From: Candidatus Bathyarchaeia archaeon
Lineage (GTDB): Archaea; Thermoproteota; Bathyarchaeia; Bathyarchaeales; Bathycorpusculaceae
Reading direction: 5' to 3'
Assembly: GCA_050012255.1 (NCBI GenBank)
Contig: JBEKHN010000005.1
Span: 1 to 64,000, forward strand
Length of the DNA stretch: 64,000 nucleotides
Shown here: positions 38,123 through 47,403 of the stretch, piece by piece
How positions within the stretch are numbered: position 1 is the stretch's first letter
Layout: each line of letters starts with the position of its first letter
Program-made: the position numbers and the translations under genes
Notes under the pieces: generated by a model
The model's input: only the letters and a program-made list of their open reading frames with translations
Database searches by the model: none
What the model was told of the DNA's origin: nothing

Positions 38123-39907
38123 ATGTTAAGCTCGATACAGCTTTCAGGCCGAGAACTTGGAATGATAAAACTGATGGCAGAGTTTCTCTCTGAAAAACCT
38201 GAACTGACCGCAAAGATTGAAAGTTTCTCCACGGCTCATTATGCGTTGACAACGACGTATTCGGAGAACTTTGACGTCCCTGAAGCCGACGCTTGGAAGA
38301 TACTTGAGGAACTTGAGAGAAAAATCAATGAAGCGGAATACGTTCACGTAGAAGCACCTTATCCGGTTAAGAAATGGCATGCCATGTCTAGAGAAGAAAT
38401 CAACATGGTTCGCGTGCTCATCGACTACTTCTCTCCGAATCCCAGAATGACATCTGCGAGCGGTTTCGTCGCAAGCAGAACGGAATCAGTGATAGAGACT
38501 TACAAGTGGTTCTTTGGAACTTCTGAAGGAAACGGTGAAATGGCCAGAGAAAACTTCCGAAACCTCATTGAGAAAACTCAGACCGCTTTGTCGATCAGAA
38601 CGGAAACGCTTTCGCCCATAACGACGATGCCGAATCCCTACAAAGCCGTTCTGGAACTAATGCAAATCGCGGGAGAAAAACTGAAACTAGACCAGGGAAT
38701 CCACGAAATGCTCAAACGCCCAATGAGAACAATGATCGTCAATGTCCCAGTTGTGATGGACGACGGAAGCATGCGAGTGTTCACGGGCTACCGTGTACAG
38801 TACAACGACACCTTGGGTCCGACAAAAGGCGGCATAAGATATCACCCTGAACTGACACTTGAGGAGGTCATAGCGCTGTCTGCATGGATGACGCTGAAAA
38901 CTGCCGTCGTAGGACTGCCTCTTGGCGGCGGCAAAGGAGGAATACGCTGCAACCCGAAGGAAATGTCTTCCGGAGAGTTAGAAAGGCTAACGCGAGGTTA
39001 CACACGTGCATTGGCAAGATTCATCGGTCCATACTCTGACGTGCCCGCACCGGATGTTTACACGGACGCGCAAACGATGGCATGGATAATGGATGAGTAC
39101 AGTCAGATGATTGGGTGCAACGCTTTTGGCGTTGTGACAGGCAAACCGGTGTGCATAGGGGGCTCACTTGGAAGAATCGAAGCAACCTCCAGAGGAGTGA
39201 TGTACACTGTCGTCGAAGCTGCAAAGCATTTAGGTATGGAGCTCAAAGGAGCAACTGTTGCCGTTCAAGGGTTCGGAAACGTGGGCTACCATGCTGCAAA
39301 ATTGCTCCATGAACTTGGGTGCAGAATCGTGGCAATCTCTGATTCCAGAGGCGGGATTTACAGTCCAGATGGGTTAGACCCAACAAGAGTCTTAGAGCAC
39401 AAAAACGAAAGGGGATCCGTCATCGACTACGAGAACAGCAAAGGCCTGACCAATGGAGAACTTCTGGAATTGGAATGTGACATTCTTGTGCCGGCAGCAA
39501 TGGAAAACCAGATTACAGAGACGAATGCAGGCAAGATCAGATCGAAGATAGTGGCCGAAGGAGCAAATGGGCCCACAACACCTGAGGCGGACGAAATACT
39601 GTTCAGAAACGGCGTGTTCGTAATCCCAGACATCCTGGCAAATTCAGGCGGCGTAATTGTGAGCTACTTCGAACAGGTTCAGAACCAAATGAACTACTAC
39701 TGGTCGGAAGAAGAGGTACGCAGCAAACTGCAGAATATGATAGTCAACGCATTCAATGAAGTCTTAGCAGTTGCGGAGGAACACAAGGTCAACATGCGTA
39801 TTGCAGCCTACATGAACGCTCTGAAAAGAATCGCTGACGCAATGCTTGTCCGCAAGCAGAATCCCTTTTTACCGATCACGAGTCCACAGAGAATAAGTAC
39901 CAAATAA
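38123..39907 (+). CDS. gdhA: glutamate dehydrogenase with ~165-aa N-terminal extension
   Basis: GPTKGGIRYHP, GGGKGG, DVPAPD, VQGFGNVG, EGANGP. Confidence 0.92.
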   Translation: MLSSIQLSGRELGMIKLMAEFLSEKPELTAKIESFSTAHYALTTTYSENFDVPEADAWKILEELERKINEAEYVHVEAPYPVKKWHAMSREEINMVRVLIDYFSPNPRMTSASGFVASRTESVIETYKWFFGTSEGNGEMARENFRNLIEKTQTALSIRTETLSPITTMPNPYKAVLELMQIAGEKLKLDQGIHEMLKRPMRTMIVNVPVVMDDGSMRVFTGYRVQYNDTLGPTKGGIRYHPELTLEEVIALSAWMTLKTAVVGLPLGGGKGGIRCNPKEMSSGELERLTRGYTRALARFIGPYSDVPAPDVYTDAQTMAWIMDEYSQMIGCNAFGVVTGKPVCIGGSLGRIEATSRGVMYTVVEAAKHLGMELKGATVAVQGFGNVGYHAAKLLHELGCRIVAISDSRGGIYSPDGLDPTRVLEHKNERGSVIDYENSKGLTNGELLELECDILVPAAMENQITETNAGKIRSKIVAEGANGPTTPEADEILFRNGVFVIPDILANSGGVIVSYFEQVQNQMNYYWSEEEVRSKLQNMIVNAFNEVLAVAEEHKVNMRIAAYMNALKRIADAMLVRKQNPFLPITSPQRISTK

Positions 39908-40009
39908 GTCAGCTCCCCCCCTTTTCCCTTTCCTTCTACGGAGCCAGTCAGAATGTTCGTAACGTATCCCAGACAAGACTTAAAACAGAAAGCACCCGTC
40001 TCAAAATGG

Positions 40010-40789
40010 TCAGCGCATCAGCTCTTCCACGAGTCTGGCCACGTTGTCCACGACGTAACTGTTTATCATCCGTCCCTTCCTCCGCGACGCCGCTGTCGGG
40101 TCGCCGATCACACCGCTCGGAAAATAGCGCTGCGCATCCGCGACTATCTCGAACCTCGGCAGCTCCGGAAAACTCTTCCTACCCCTCATCTTAACCAAAT
40201 CAGGCCTGATGGCCATAACCCTCGAAGTCTCAATCGCTCCAGCATGACCATCCTTCTCGCTGAAATACTTCCCCCTCAACTCATAAGCAAAGTCATAATC
40301 CGAACACACCATAATCCGACACCTCTTCTCCGCACTGTCGCCCTGATGACACCAAACAACCTCCTGCGCTGCAAGTCTGAGCGCAGCCATGTGAGCCTGA
40401 CCAGCGTGACCGCTCAAAACGAGAATCCTCCTGAAACCGTTGCGAACAAACTCCTCAAGAACGTCTCGAACAACCCTGTGCAACGACTCAAACCCAATCG
40501 AAATCGTCCCCGGAAAACCCCGCGTCGAATCGCAGACACCGTACCTCAAAGGCGGCGCAACCAGACACCGTGTCCTCTTGGCAACCTCCAACGCCACAAA
40601 CTCAGGCTGCACACTGTCAGTACACAGGGGCAAGTGAGCCCCATGCTCCTCAACACTTCCAACAGGAACAATGACCACCCCACGTTTCCGAGCACTCTTC
40701 TCAGCTTCTCTCATGCTCAACTCATCAAACCACAAACTCTGTCTCTCCTCTGACCGAGCACCACCAACGCCGCTTCCCATCACCTTCAA
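40010..40789 (-). CDS. creatininase-family amidohydrolase
   Basis: PVGSVEEHGAHLP..TD, FPGTISI, GHAG, GHAGAIETS. Confidence 0.92.
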   Translation of the reverse strand: MKVMGSGVGGARSEERQSLWFDELSMREAEKSARKRGVVIVPVGSVEEHGAHLPLCTDSVQPEFVALEVAKRTRCLVAPPLRYGVCDSTRGFPGTISIGFESLHRVVRDVLEEFVRNGFRRILVLSGHAGQAHMAALRLAAQEVVWCHQGDSAEKRCRIMVCSDYDFAYELRGKYFSEKDGHAGAIETSRVMAIRPDLVKMRGRKSFPELPRFEIVADAQRYFPSGVIGDPTAASRRKGRMINSYVVDNVARLVEELMR

Positions 40790-41059
40790 ACGTCAACCCC
40801 CGCTTGGCCGTTCCAGAAACAAGTCAACAGCTGCGCTTATAAGCCTCTGAGCAGAGGCACTTCAACTCATGCACACTTTTTCTCAAAAAACAACAGGACG
40901 GCCAGAGCTGTTGGCCGACGCGCAGCTGAGCATACCAAGTCTCCACGTTTGACTTTGGCGAGCCTTCTCGAGCAACTGACTTACACGTGTATGTGTGTAG
41001 ATCAGGCAGGCAGAAAGGTTTATTACGACTCCAGATATGGGTAAAGCTCGGCGAAAAAA

Positions 41060-41503
41060 ATGGCAATGCAAAAAATGGTTGTCGGAACCGCTGTAGCAGT
41101 GGTCGTTGTGCTGATGATGACAAGCGTTCTAGCTCTTCTTCAGTCCAACCGGACTCTTCTGACCAGCGGAACAGTCAGAACGGTCAACGTTGGCGTGTAC
41201 AGTGACCCCGCCTGCACTCAACCAGCTTCTTCCATCGATTGGGGAACAATAAACCCTGGAACATCAACGGTGAAAACAGTCTATGTGAAAAACGAAGGAG
41301 CAGTGACCCTGAGCCTGAACATGACGAGCAACACTTGGACCCCGTCGAACTGTCCAACCTACATGACTTTGACTTGGAACGAGGAGAACGCGTCAGTCGC
41401 CGTCGGAAATCACGTTCAAGCTGACTTCAATCTCACCGTCTTACCGAACATCACCGGAATAGGCGCCTTCAGCTTCGACATAGTCGTAACCGGAACAGGA
41501 TAA
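41060..41503 (+). CDS. secreted Ig-like protein
   Basis: Hydrophobic N-terminus; SIDWGTINPG, VYVKNEG. Confidence 0.7.
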   Translation: MAMQKMVVGTAVAVVVVLMMTSVLALLQSNRTLLTSGTVRTVNVGVYSDPACTQPASSIDWGTINPGTSTVKTVYVKNEGAVTLSLNMTSNTWTPSNCPTYMTLTWNEENASVAVGNHVQADFNLTVLPNITGIGAFSFDIVVTGTG

Positions 41504-41661
41504 GAAAACACGCACTCAACGAGCGCACCTGCAGGGCAAGCGTTCCAATTTCTCTTTTTCAAACTTACCAAACGCACACTGTGCAGTACTGAAGCTCCGC
41601 CGTGTCGGACAGCAGCCAAGCCTGTTTTGTTGGCAAAGTTGTCACCGGTTAGCGAGCATGG

Positions 41662-42366
41662 ATGGTGGCAAAGAATTTAAATACGGGCCCAGACAAACAC
41701 GGGTTCTCTGTTACGAGGAGAGAAGCCTTGGAGGCCAGGAAGAAAATATTCTTGATACTTTTTTCAACCATGTTTCTTCTGGGCACGTCTGCAACTCTGT
41801 TTCGGCCGATTTTCGCATCTGAAACGCTGATTTGGGAGGCATACGTGCCCTCCACAGGGTCAAACGTTACGACAAACGTTACGTTGCTTCAGGGAAATCA
41901 ATATCGCATCGTAGCGTCAGACAGGTGGTGGTACAGCATGCCGAACGAAAGCAACCTGGCGGCTGACGCGCAGTACTACACGACCGACTGGAACGACTCT
42001 TGGAACTGGGGAAACTACTTCAAAAATGACAGTCACTCGTTTCTGCAGATCAACGGGAATGACATGAACTGGGGGCCGTTTAGCAACGGGGACACAAACC
42101 ACACGTATACTATCCTCTACACCGGTCAGGGAGCACCAATCACATTCAGAATCTTCGACTGGATTGACGAAAACTACGCGAATAACCAGTGCAAACTACA
42201 CGTAAGAATCTATGAGGAGGTCACTGTCGGAGGACACATAGTGGACTTCAACCCGCTCGACACGATGCCCTTGTGGACATTAGGCTCCCTTGCCGTTGCC
42301 TTGTCTATCGTAGTTTCCCTCGTATATCGTAGCAAGGTCGGTCGCGGACGCTCCGCACTTTCATGA
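41662..42366 (+). CDS. secreted protein with C-terminal membrane anchor
   Basis: Signal-like segment, VGG motif, TM helix and basic tail. Confidence 0.7.
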   Translation: MVAKNLNTGPDKHGFSVTRREALEARKKIFLILFSTMFLLGTSATLFRPIFASETLIWEAYVPSTGSNVTTNVTLLQGNQYRIVASDRWWYSMPNESNLAADAQYYTTDWNDSWNWGNYFKNDSHSFLQINGNDMNWGPFSNGDTNHTYTILYTGQGAPITFRIFDWIDENYANNQCKLHVRIYEEVTVGGHIVDFNPLDTMPLWTLGSLAVALSIVVSLVYRSKVGRGRSALS

Positions 42367-42399
42367 CAAGGACAAAGCGTTCAACACAACGTAGCGTGT

Positions 42400-42942
42400 C
42401 TAGTCAAGCTTGGGAGGCTTCACGTTCTTTCTTTTGACGAAAAAGAGTCCAAGCGCTAGGATGCCCAATGAGAGACCAACGAACGGTGCAGGCTCAGGAA
42501 CCTTGTTGCTGGGAATCGTGAACACTCCTGCTCGCTGCTGATTTGCTGGATACGTGCAGCCAGGCGAATCAAGGTTCTCTGCGCATGTCCACCTAAACTG
42601 GTAATACCCGACGTTTGACAAGACATATGACGCCTTGTTTGTGTAGCCATCGTTTACCACGCCGGTGAAGAGATTTCCAACGAACGTGAGCGAGCTGGGG
42701 TCTAGGCCATAGTATTCGTCGAGGGATGCAGATGCCCTCGCCTTCGTCGTTGGGTCTCCGTAACTGATGATGACGGTGACGACCGTGCCGACGGGTACAG
42801 CCTTGTTTACGATGCTGGTGCCGCCTGAGTCTTGCACGTCGATGGACTCTTGCAGGTTTGCTTTAACCACGCTTGCGGCGCCGAAGATTAGCATTAATGC
42901 AAAAACTGCGGCAAGAATGGCGACATGATTTTTTGCACTCAT
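42400..42942 (-). CDS. secreted protein with PEP-CTERM-like tail
   Basis: Signal peptide; VPEP, TM helix, KRK. Confidence 0.72.
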   Translation of the reverse strand: MSAKNHVAILAAVFALMLIFGAASVVKANLQESIDVQDSGGTSIVNKAVPVGTVVTVIISYGDPTTKARASASLDEYYGLDPSSLTFVGNLFTGVVNDGYTNKASYVLSNVGYYQFRWTCAENLDSPGCTYPANQQRAGVFTIPSNKVPEPAPFVGLSLGILALGLFFVKRKNVKPPKLD

Positions 42943-43057
42943 CGTTCAGGCCTTCTCCATCTGTCTTTTTGGGCTTCCCGATTTATATGCATGTAAGGAA
43001 TAATCCTATAGAGGGTTTTTATAGAGTTGTCGGAAACGTGGCAGTCCAATATGAGGT

Positions 43058-43270
43058 TTATGATTGCATTGGCTGAACAACGCGCATGATGACGGTTGCC
43101 ATGAAGCCCATTCCGAGCGCTAACGCGACTAGTCTGAGACGTTTCTTTTCGATCGCAACGTTTCCCAGCTGGCCAGTCGAAGAGGAGAGCAGTTCAGAGG
43201 TGACTAAGAGTATGATCGCGGTGACGGCGAGCCACAGTCCGATGTCGGAGACTGACAGTGGAAACCTCAT
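43058..43270 (-). CDS. small two-TM protein
   Basis: 70-aa hydrophobic ORF directly downstream of the 43275 gene. Confidence 0.65.
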   Translation of the reverse strand: MRFPLSVSDIGLWLAVTAIILLVTSELLSSSTGQLGNVAIEKKRLRLVALALGMGFMATVIMRVVQPMQS

Positions 43271-43274
43271 CTTC

Positions 43275-43940
43275 CTAACCTTCTTTGAAGTTGAAGGAGA
43301 CTTCGATAGTTTGAACGTCTGGCGAAGTGTTTATGGACTCGATCAGAGTCGGTTTGCCCGTGGCCTTTCCTAGTGCGGATGCTACGGCGCTGACGAGAGG
43401 GCATCCTAGAAGTCGCACGCTTCTTGGGCCTTCTTCAACGTAGAGATTCTTGAAGACCGAGTCTGATGTTTTCAGGATGACCCGGTGATCCTCTGTTTTC
43501 ATCTCGATTTCCTTTGCGAGCTGAAAGTTTTCCAGAATGATCTGTGGTAGGCTGGCGCACAAGTCTTCGAGGCTAATCTTCGTCAGGTCTGTTCTCAACA
43601 TCCTTTCAAACTGGTCCACAAGGCCTGATCCGGGCGCAGTTATGCATATTCCTCTGGGTTTTTTCGTCATAAACTTGCTGCTCGCAATCTCTTCAACCGA
43701 TGGCGGACCTGAGTTGACGTCGGCGGATATGAACACGATCGATTCTTTGAGGCCTTTTAAGTGTTCAGGCAGATAAACATCTTTTGGGTATGGCGGTACG
43801 TAGAGGCCCTTTCCTTCGTAGTTCAAGTCTTTGATTATTCTGTCGATCGTTGAATACAGCGTGACAGACGTTATGCCTAGGATGCTGCCTCTAACATAGG
43901 CGATGGGTCTGACCAAGAAGAAGAGGGCTCCCCACAGACA
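43275..43940 (-). CDS. hypothetical protein, probably 5'-truncated
   Basis: WGALFFLVRP...GCPLVSAVASAL; the N-terminus of ORF 43275..44018 does not look coding. Confidence 0.6.
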   Translation of the reverse strand, partial: CLWGALFFLVRPIAYVRGSILGITSVTLYSTIDRIIKDLNYEGKGLYVPPYPKDVYLPEHLKGLKESIVFISADVNSGPPSVEEIASSKFMTKKPRGICITAPGSGLVDQFERMLRTDLTKISLEDLCASLPQIILENFQLAKEIEMKTEDHRVILKTSDSVFKNLYVEEGPRSVRLLGCPLVSAVASALGKATGKPTLIESINTSPDVQTIEVSFNFKEG

Positions 43941-44214
43941 GGAATAATAGGACCGCCCTAAACACTCGCCAGCACAGGTCTGCTCTAATCCTCCACCCCA
44001 CCATTCTTCATAATCCAATATTTAAACAATTCAGTATGAAACATCTGTGCAAATTTTCTAGAACAATACTACACTGATTCTATATATCAATTATTCCCAA
44101 GATGTTCGATAACTTCAGAACAGATCCACCATACGAGTGAGGCTTCGTTAAACGTGAAACACGACCCCGCTCCAGACTCTACGTTGAGCCCTATGCACAC
44201 ACTCGGCCCCAGGC

Positions 44215-44315
44215 CTGCGGAAAGTCGGTAGGGCCTTGCCCAACGCCTACGTGCAGTACTAGCACCCTAGGGGGGAGGGGGAGGGTGAAATAGACGAGGT
44301 GAAAACGCGAATACA
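44215..44315 (-). repeat. ~100-bp dispersed repeat, copy B
   Basis: Inverted homolog of 36081-36180. Confidence 0.75.
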
Positions 44316-44396
44316 GGGATGTAGCGCATCCAACTCGGGGATAACAAGCGTCCCCTGTTTCACAGCACACAGGAAGAGCTCTTTGAAACCGAGTTC

Positions 44397-45155
44397 TCAC
44401 CTGTACAAGTCTTTCTCCTTCGGCCTGACAAGCTCCGTGGCCTTCGCAGAATCAGACGCGGGGTAGTTGTACCCTCTGATTATGGCAACAGGAACGCCTT
44501 CGCTTGCTTGCCCAATCACCAGCTCAGCAGCCGAAGCAAGCTCGTCCACAATCGCCGTCTGCTTCACTCTCAGCACATACCCAAACAAATCCTTCTCCCC
44601 CCTCCTGTCTCTAATCGGCTTAATTCCCGCGACGCCTACGGCCACGTTTATCTCGCCAAGCCTAAGCGGACGACCATGAGTGTCAGAGACAATAACGGCC
44701 ACTTCACAGCCAGTCAACCTTCTCGTTTCTCGCCTAATCGTCTCAGCTGACCTGTCAGGGTCCACTGGCAACAAAGCCACGTTTCTCTCTCCAGGAACGT
44801 TAGACCTGTCAACACCAGAATTCGCGCAGACAAACCCCTGCTTCGTTTCCGTAACTAGGATACCCTCACCCATCCGGCTGATGCTCTTCGACTCACGAAG
44901 AACAACCTCCACCAAAGCAGGGTCCTTTCCAAACTGCTCCGCTATGCTCCTCGCAAAAGCTGACGGAACAACCTCATCAAGATTAACAACGTTGCCCTCG
45001 GCTCGCGAAACAAAAACATGCGTAACCACCAGTACGTCCCTGTCCTGAACGGGAGTACCCTGCTTCCGAGCCGCATCACAAACGAGCTTAGCAACACTGT
45101 CCCCTGTTTTTATGATGGGCAGCCCTTCTACCGCGATCACTTGAACCGCTTTCAA
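44397..45155 (-). CDS. cofE: coenzyme F420-0:L-glutamate ligase
   Basis: GLPIIKTGD, VSRAEG, CANSGVDRSN, DTHGRPLR.G. Confidence 0.93.
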   Translation of the reverse strand: MKAVQVIAVEGLPIIKTGDSVAKLVCDAARKQGTPVQDRDVLVVTHVFVSRAEGNVVNLDEVVPSAFARSIAEQFGKDPALVEVVLRESKSISRMGEGILVTETKQGFVCANSGVDRSNVPGERNVALLPVDPDRSAETIRRETRRLTGCEVAVIVSDTHGRPLRLGEINVAVGVAGIKPIRDRRGEKDLFGYVLRVKQTAIVDELASAAELVIGQASEGVPVAIIRGYNYPASDSAKATELVRPKEKDLYR

Positions 45156-45279
45156 CCGAAAGACCTCCGCCGATAAACACGTCGTATACTTGAAAGCAAC
45201 TTGAACTTATGCATTATACTGCCTATGACCAATCCGTACTGAAGACGTTCATGGCTAGGTTCAACAAAAAGAAGAGCCG

Positions 45280-46221
45280 TCATCTTCCCCCTTCTTTCAC
45301 AACAATCCTTGCTAATTCAACCCTGTCCCTCACCGTCTTCATTATTGTGTTCGCCGTGACTACTTTAATCCCGAGTTTTTCGATCTTCATCTTCGCCATT
45401 TCATCGGCAACGTCCAGCACAAAGACGTCAAGAAAGTCCTTGTAAAGACAAGCAACGGAATAGGCTGAGACCTCCAAGCCTAATCCTTTCATCAACCTGT
45501 CCGCAGGGCCTCTTATTGGGGCACCCGCAACTATCGGACTTATCCCGATCTTCCGAGCCTCACTCCGTCTTAAAGCCTCTCTCACGCCTCTTACAGACAG
45601 GATCGTGCCTATACTGACAATCGGATTACTCGGGCACACGATGACCAATTCGCTTCCAAGAATGGAGTCGATGACTCCTGGCGCAGCCTCGGCAGCCTCT
45701 GCTCCCACAAGTTTCACGCCTAACACAGCGTCTCTCCCACCTCGTCTCACTATATACTCTTGAAAATGCATGGAGCCTAACTCGGTTGTCACCCATGTTT
45801 CACACCTGTCGTCAGTCATCGGAAGAATCCTGACCTTCAGTCCCAAGGCCCGCGATATTTCAGCCGTCACCACAGACAGCTTGTACCCCCTCTTCAGCAG
45901 ACTGGTTCTGTACAGATGCGTTGCGAGGTCCTTATCGCCCAGGTTGAACCAAGTTTCAAACCCGTAACTTCTCAACATTTCGAGGCAACAAAACGTGTCT
46001 CCTCTTATCCCCCAACCCTTCTCCTCATCGACCATGCCTGCCAGAGTGTACGAGACTATGTCGAGGTCCGGTGAAACGTGCAGTCCGTAGAGCTCGATGT
46101 CATCACCCGTGTTCACAATCACGGACAGTTCCTTCTCCGGGATAACTCTGACCAGTCCAGAAAGGAATCTTGCAGCCCCAACCCCTCCAGCCAAGGCGGT
46201 TATCAAAAACTGGCACCCCAA
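45280..46221 (-). CDS. cofD: 2-phospho-L-lactate transferase
   Basis: LAGGVGAARFL, NTGDD, SPDLD, HFQEY, PSNPIVSIG. Confidence 0.95.
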   Translation of the reverse strand: MGCQFLITALAGGVGAARFLSGLVRVIPEKELSVIVNTGDDIELYGLHVSPDLDIVSYTLAGMVDEEKGWGIRGDTFCCLEMLRSYGFETWFNLGDKDLATHLYRTSLLKRGYKLSVVTAEISRALGLKVRILPMTDDRCETWVTTELGSMHFQEYIVRRGGRDAVLGVKLVGAEAAEAAPGVIDSILGSELVIVCPSNPIVSIGTILSVRGVREALRRSEARKIGISPIVAGAPIRGPADRLMKGLGLEVSAYSVACLYKDFLDVFVLDVADEMAKMKIEKLGIKVVTANTIMKTVRDRVELARIVVKEGGR

Positions 46222-46458
46222 CGGTCTTTACCCGCTTTAGGGAGACATCCCTTAATATCACTGTCGCAACTTATGGGAAAAGTTTTCTCACAAGCCACAT
46301 GTGCGTTTTGTCATGGACAGCGAGCAACGTTTATATTAACAATTCGGACTCTGAAAGCTTTCCAAGAAGAAGGACTACTCATCCATGTCACACGTCAACT
46401 CCAGACCTGCAGCATTGTGCTTCGTTTCATGTTGGAGAGACGTTGAAGGATGTGACTT

Positions 46459-47403
46459 TTGATGCCGTTGAAAGCGCTGAAGGAAGAAACGGCAGAATCA
46501 CTAACGTTAGAATGGGTTTTGCACGTGAAGAATTACAAGCTTACCCTTGATAAGAGCAAGTGTGTGGGTTGCCAGATTTGCACCTTAGCTTGTCCAAAAG
46601 AGGCTGTTAGACTTGAAAGACATCCGAAGATTCAGGGGGAAAAGGCGCAGAAAGCTAGGGTAGATATCGACTTGGCCAAGTGTAACTTCTGCGGGATATG
46701 TGACGTATCCTGTCCGTACGGTGCGATCAACGTTACTGTAGACGGAAAGCATTTACTCTCCGTTCTTGATAAGCAAAGTTTTCCTCAGCTCGTACGCGAT
46801 ATCAAGGTTGATGCACACAAGTTTCCGTTGGACCGCGAGAAGAGTGAAGATGTCTGCCCGCTGAAACTTATAAAAGTCTCCTTCTTGACTGCAGATGGAA
46901 AAAAGGTTGAAGATCTCTCTTCTTTAAGCGAGCCTGAGAGGCGACGGCTCAGCGTCAACGTTGAAATTGAAAAGGACCATTGCCCATGCTGCGGAGTATG
47001 CGAAGTGAAGCTTCCTGACGGGGCAATTCATGTGCGCAAGTTTCTTTCTGGAAAGCTCTCGATCAACGCCGAGAAGTGCCCAGACGGATGCACAGCCTGC
47101 ATGGATGTTTGTCCAATCACCGGAGCACTCTACGTTTCAGACAGCGACAAGAAGGTGCACGTAAACGAGATGTTCTGCGTCTACTGTGGAGCCTGTAAAC
47201 TCGCTTGCCCAGTGGACGATGCTCTTGAGCTCAAAAGGACCCGCATTAACCATACGCCCGTCCGCTCAGGCGCTTGGAACAAGGCTCTGGAACGCCTCAC
47301 CTCATCCACAGAGATGAGCAAGGAATTGAAGACCAGGGGTTCTCTGAAAGCGCGAGAATCTGTGAAGAAGAGGGTAGGATTGAAGGGGGAGAAATGTGCC
47401 TAG
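46459..47403 (+). CDS. polyferredoxin (FwdF/MvhB-like)
   Basis: Several CxxCxxCxxxCP motifs. Confidence 0.85.
   Translation: MMPLKALKEETAESLTLEWVLHVKNYKLTLDKSKCVGCQICTLACPKEAVRLERHPKIQGEKAQKARVDIDLAKCNFCGICDVSCPYGAINVTVDGKHLLSVLDKQSFPQLVRDIKVDAHKFPLDREKSEDVCPLKLIKVSFLTADGKKVEDLSSLSEPERRRLSVNVEIEKDHCPCCGVCEVKLPDGAIHVRKFLSGKLSINAEKCPDGCTACMDVCPITGALYVSDSDKKVHVNEMFCVYCGACKLACPVDDALELKRTRINHTPVRSGAWNKALERLTSSTEMSKELKTRGSLKARESVKKRVGLKGEKCA

Noticed and set aside
39953-40753. 266-aa plus-strand ORF
   Set aside because: Antisense shadow of the creatininase gene, with no motif.
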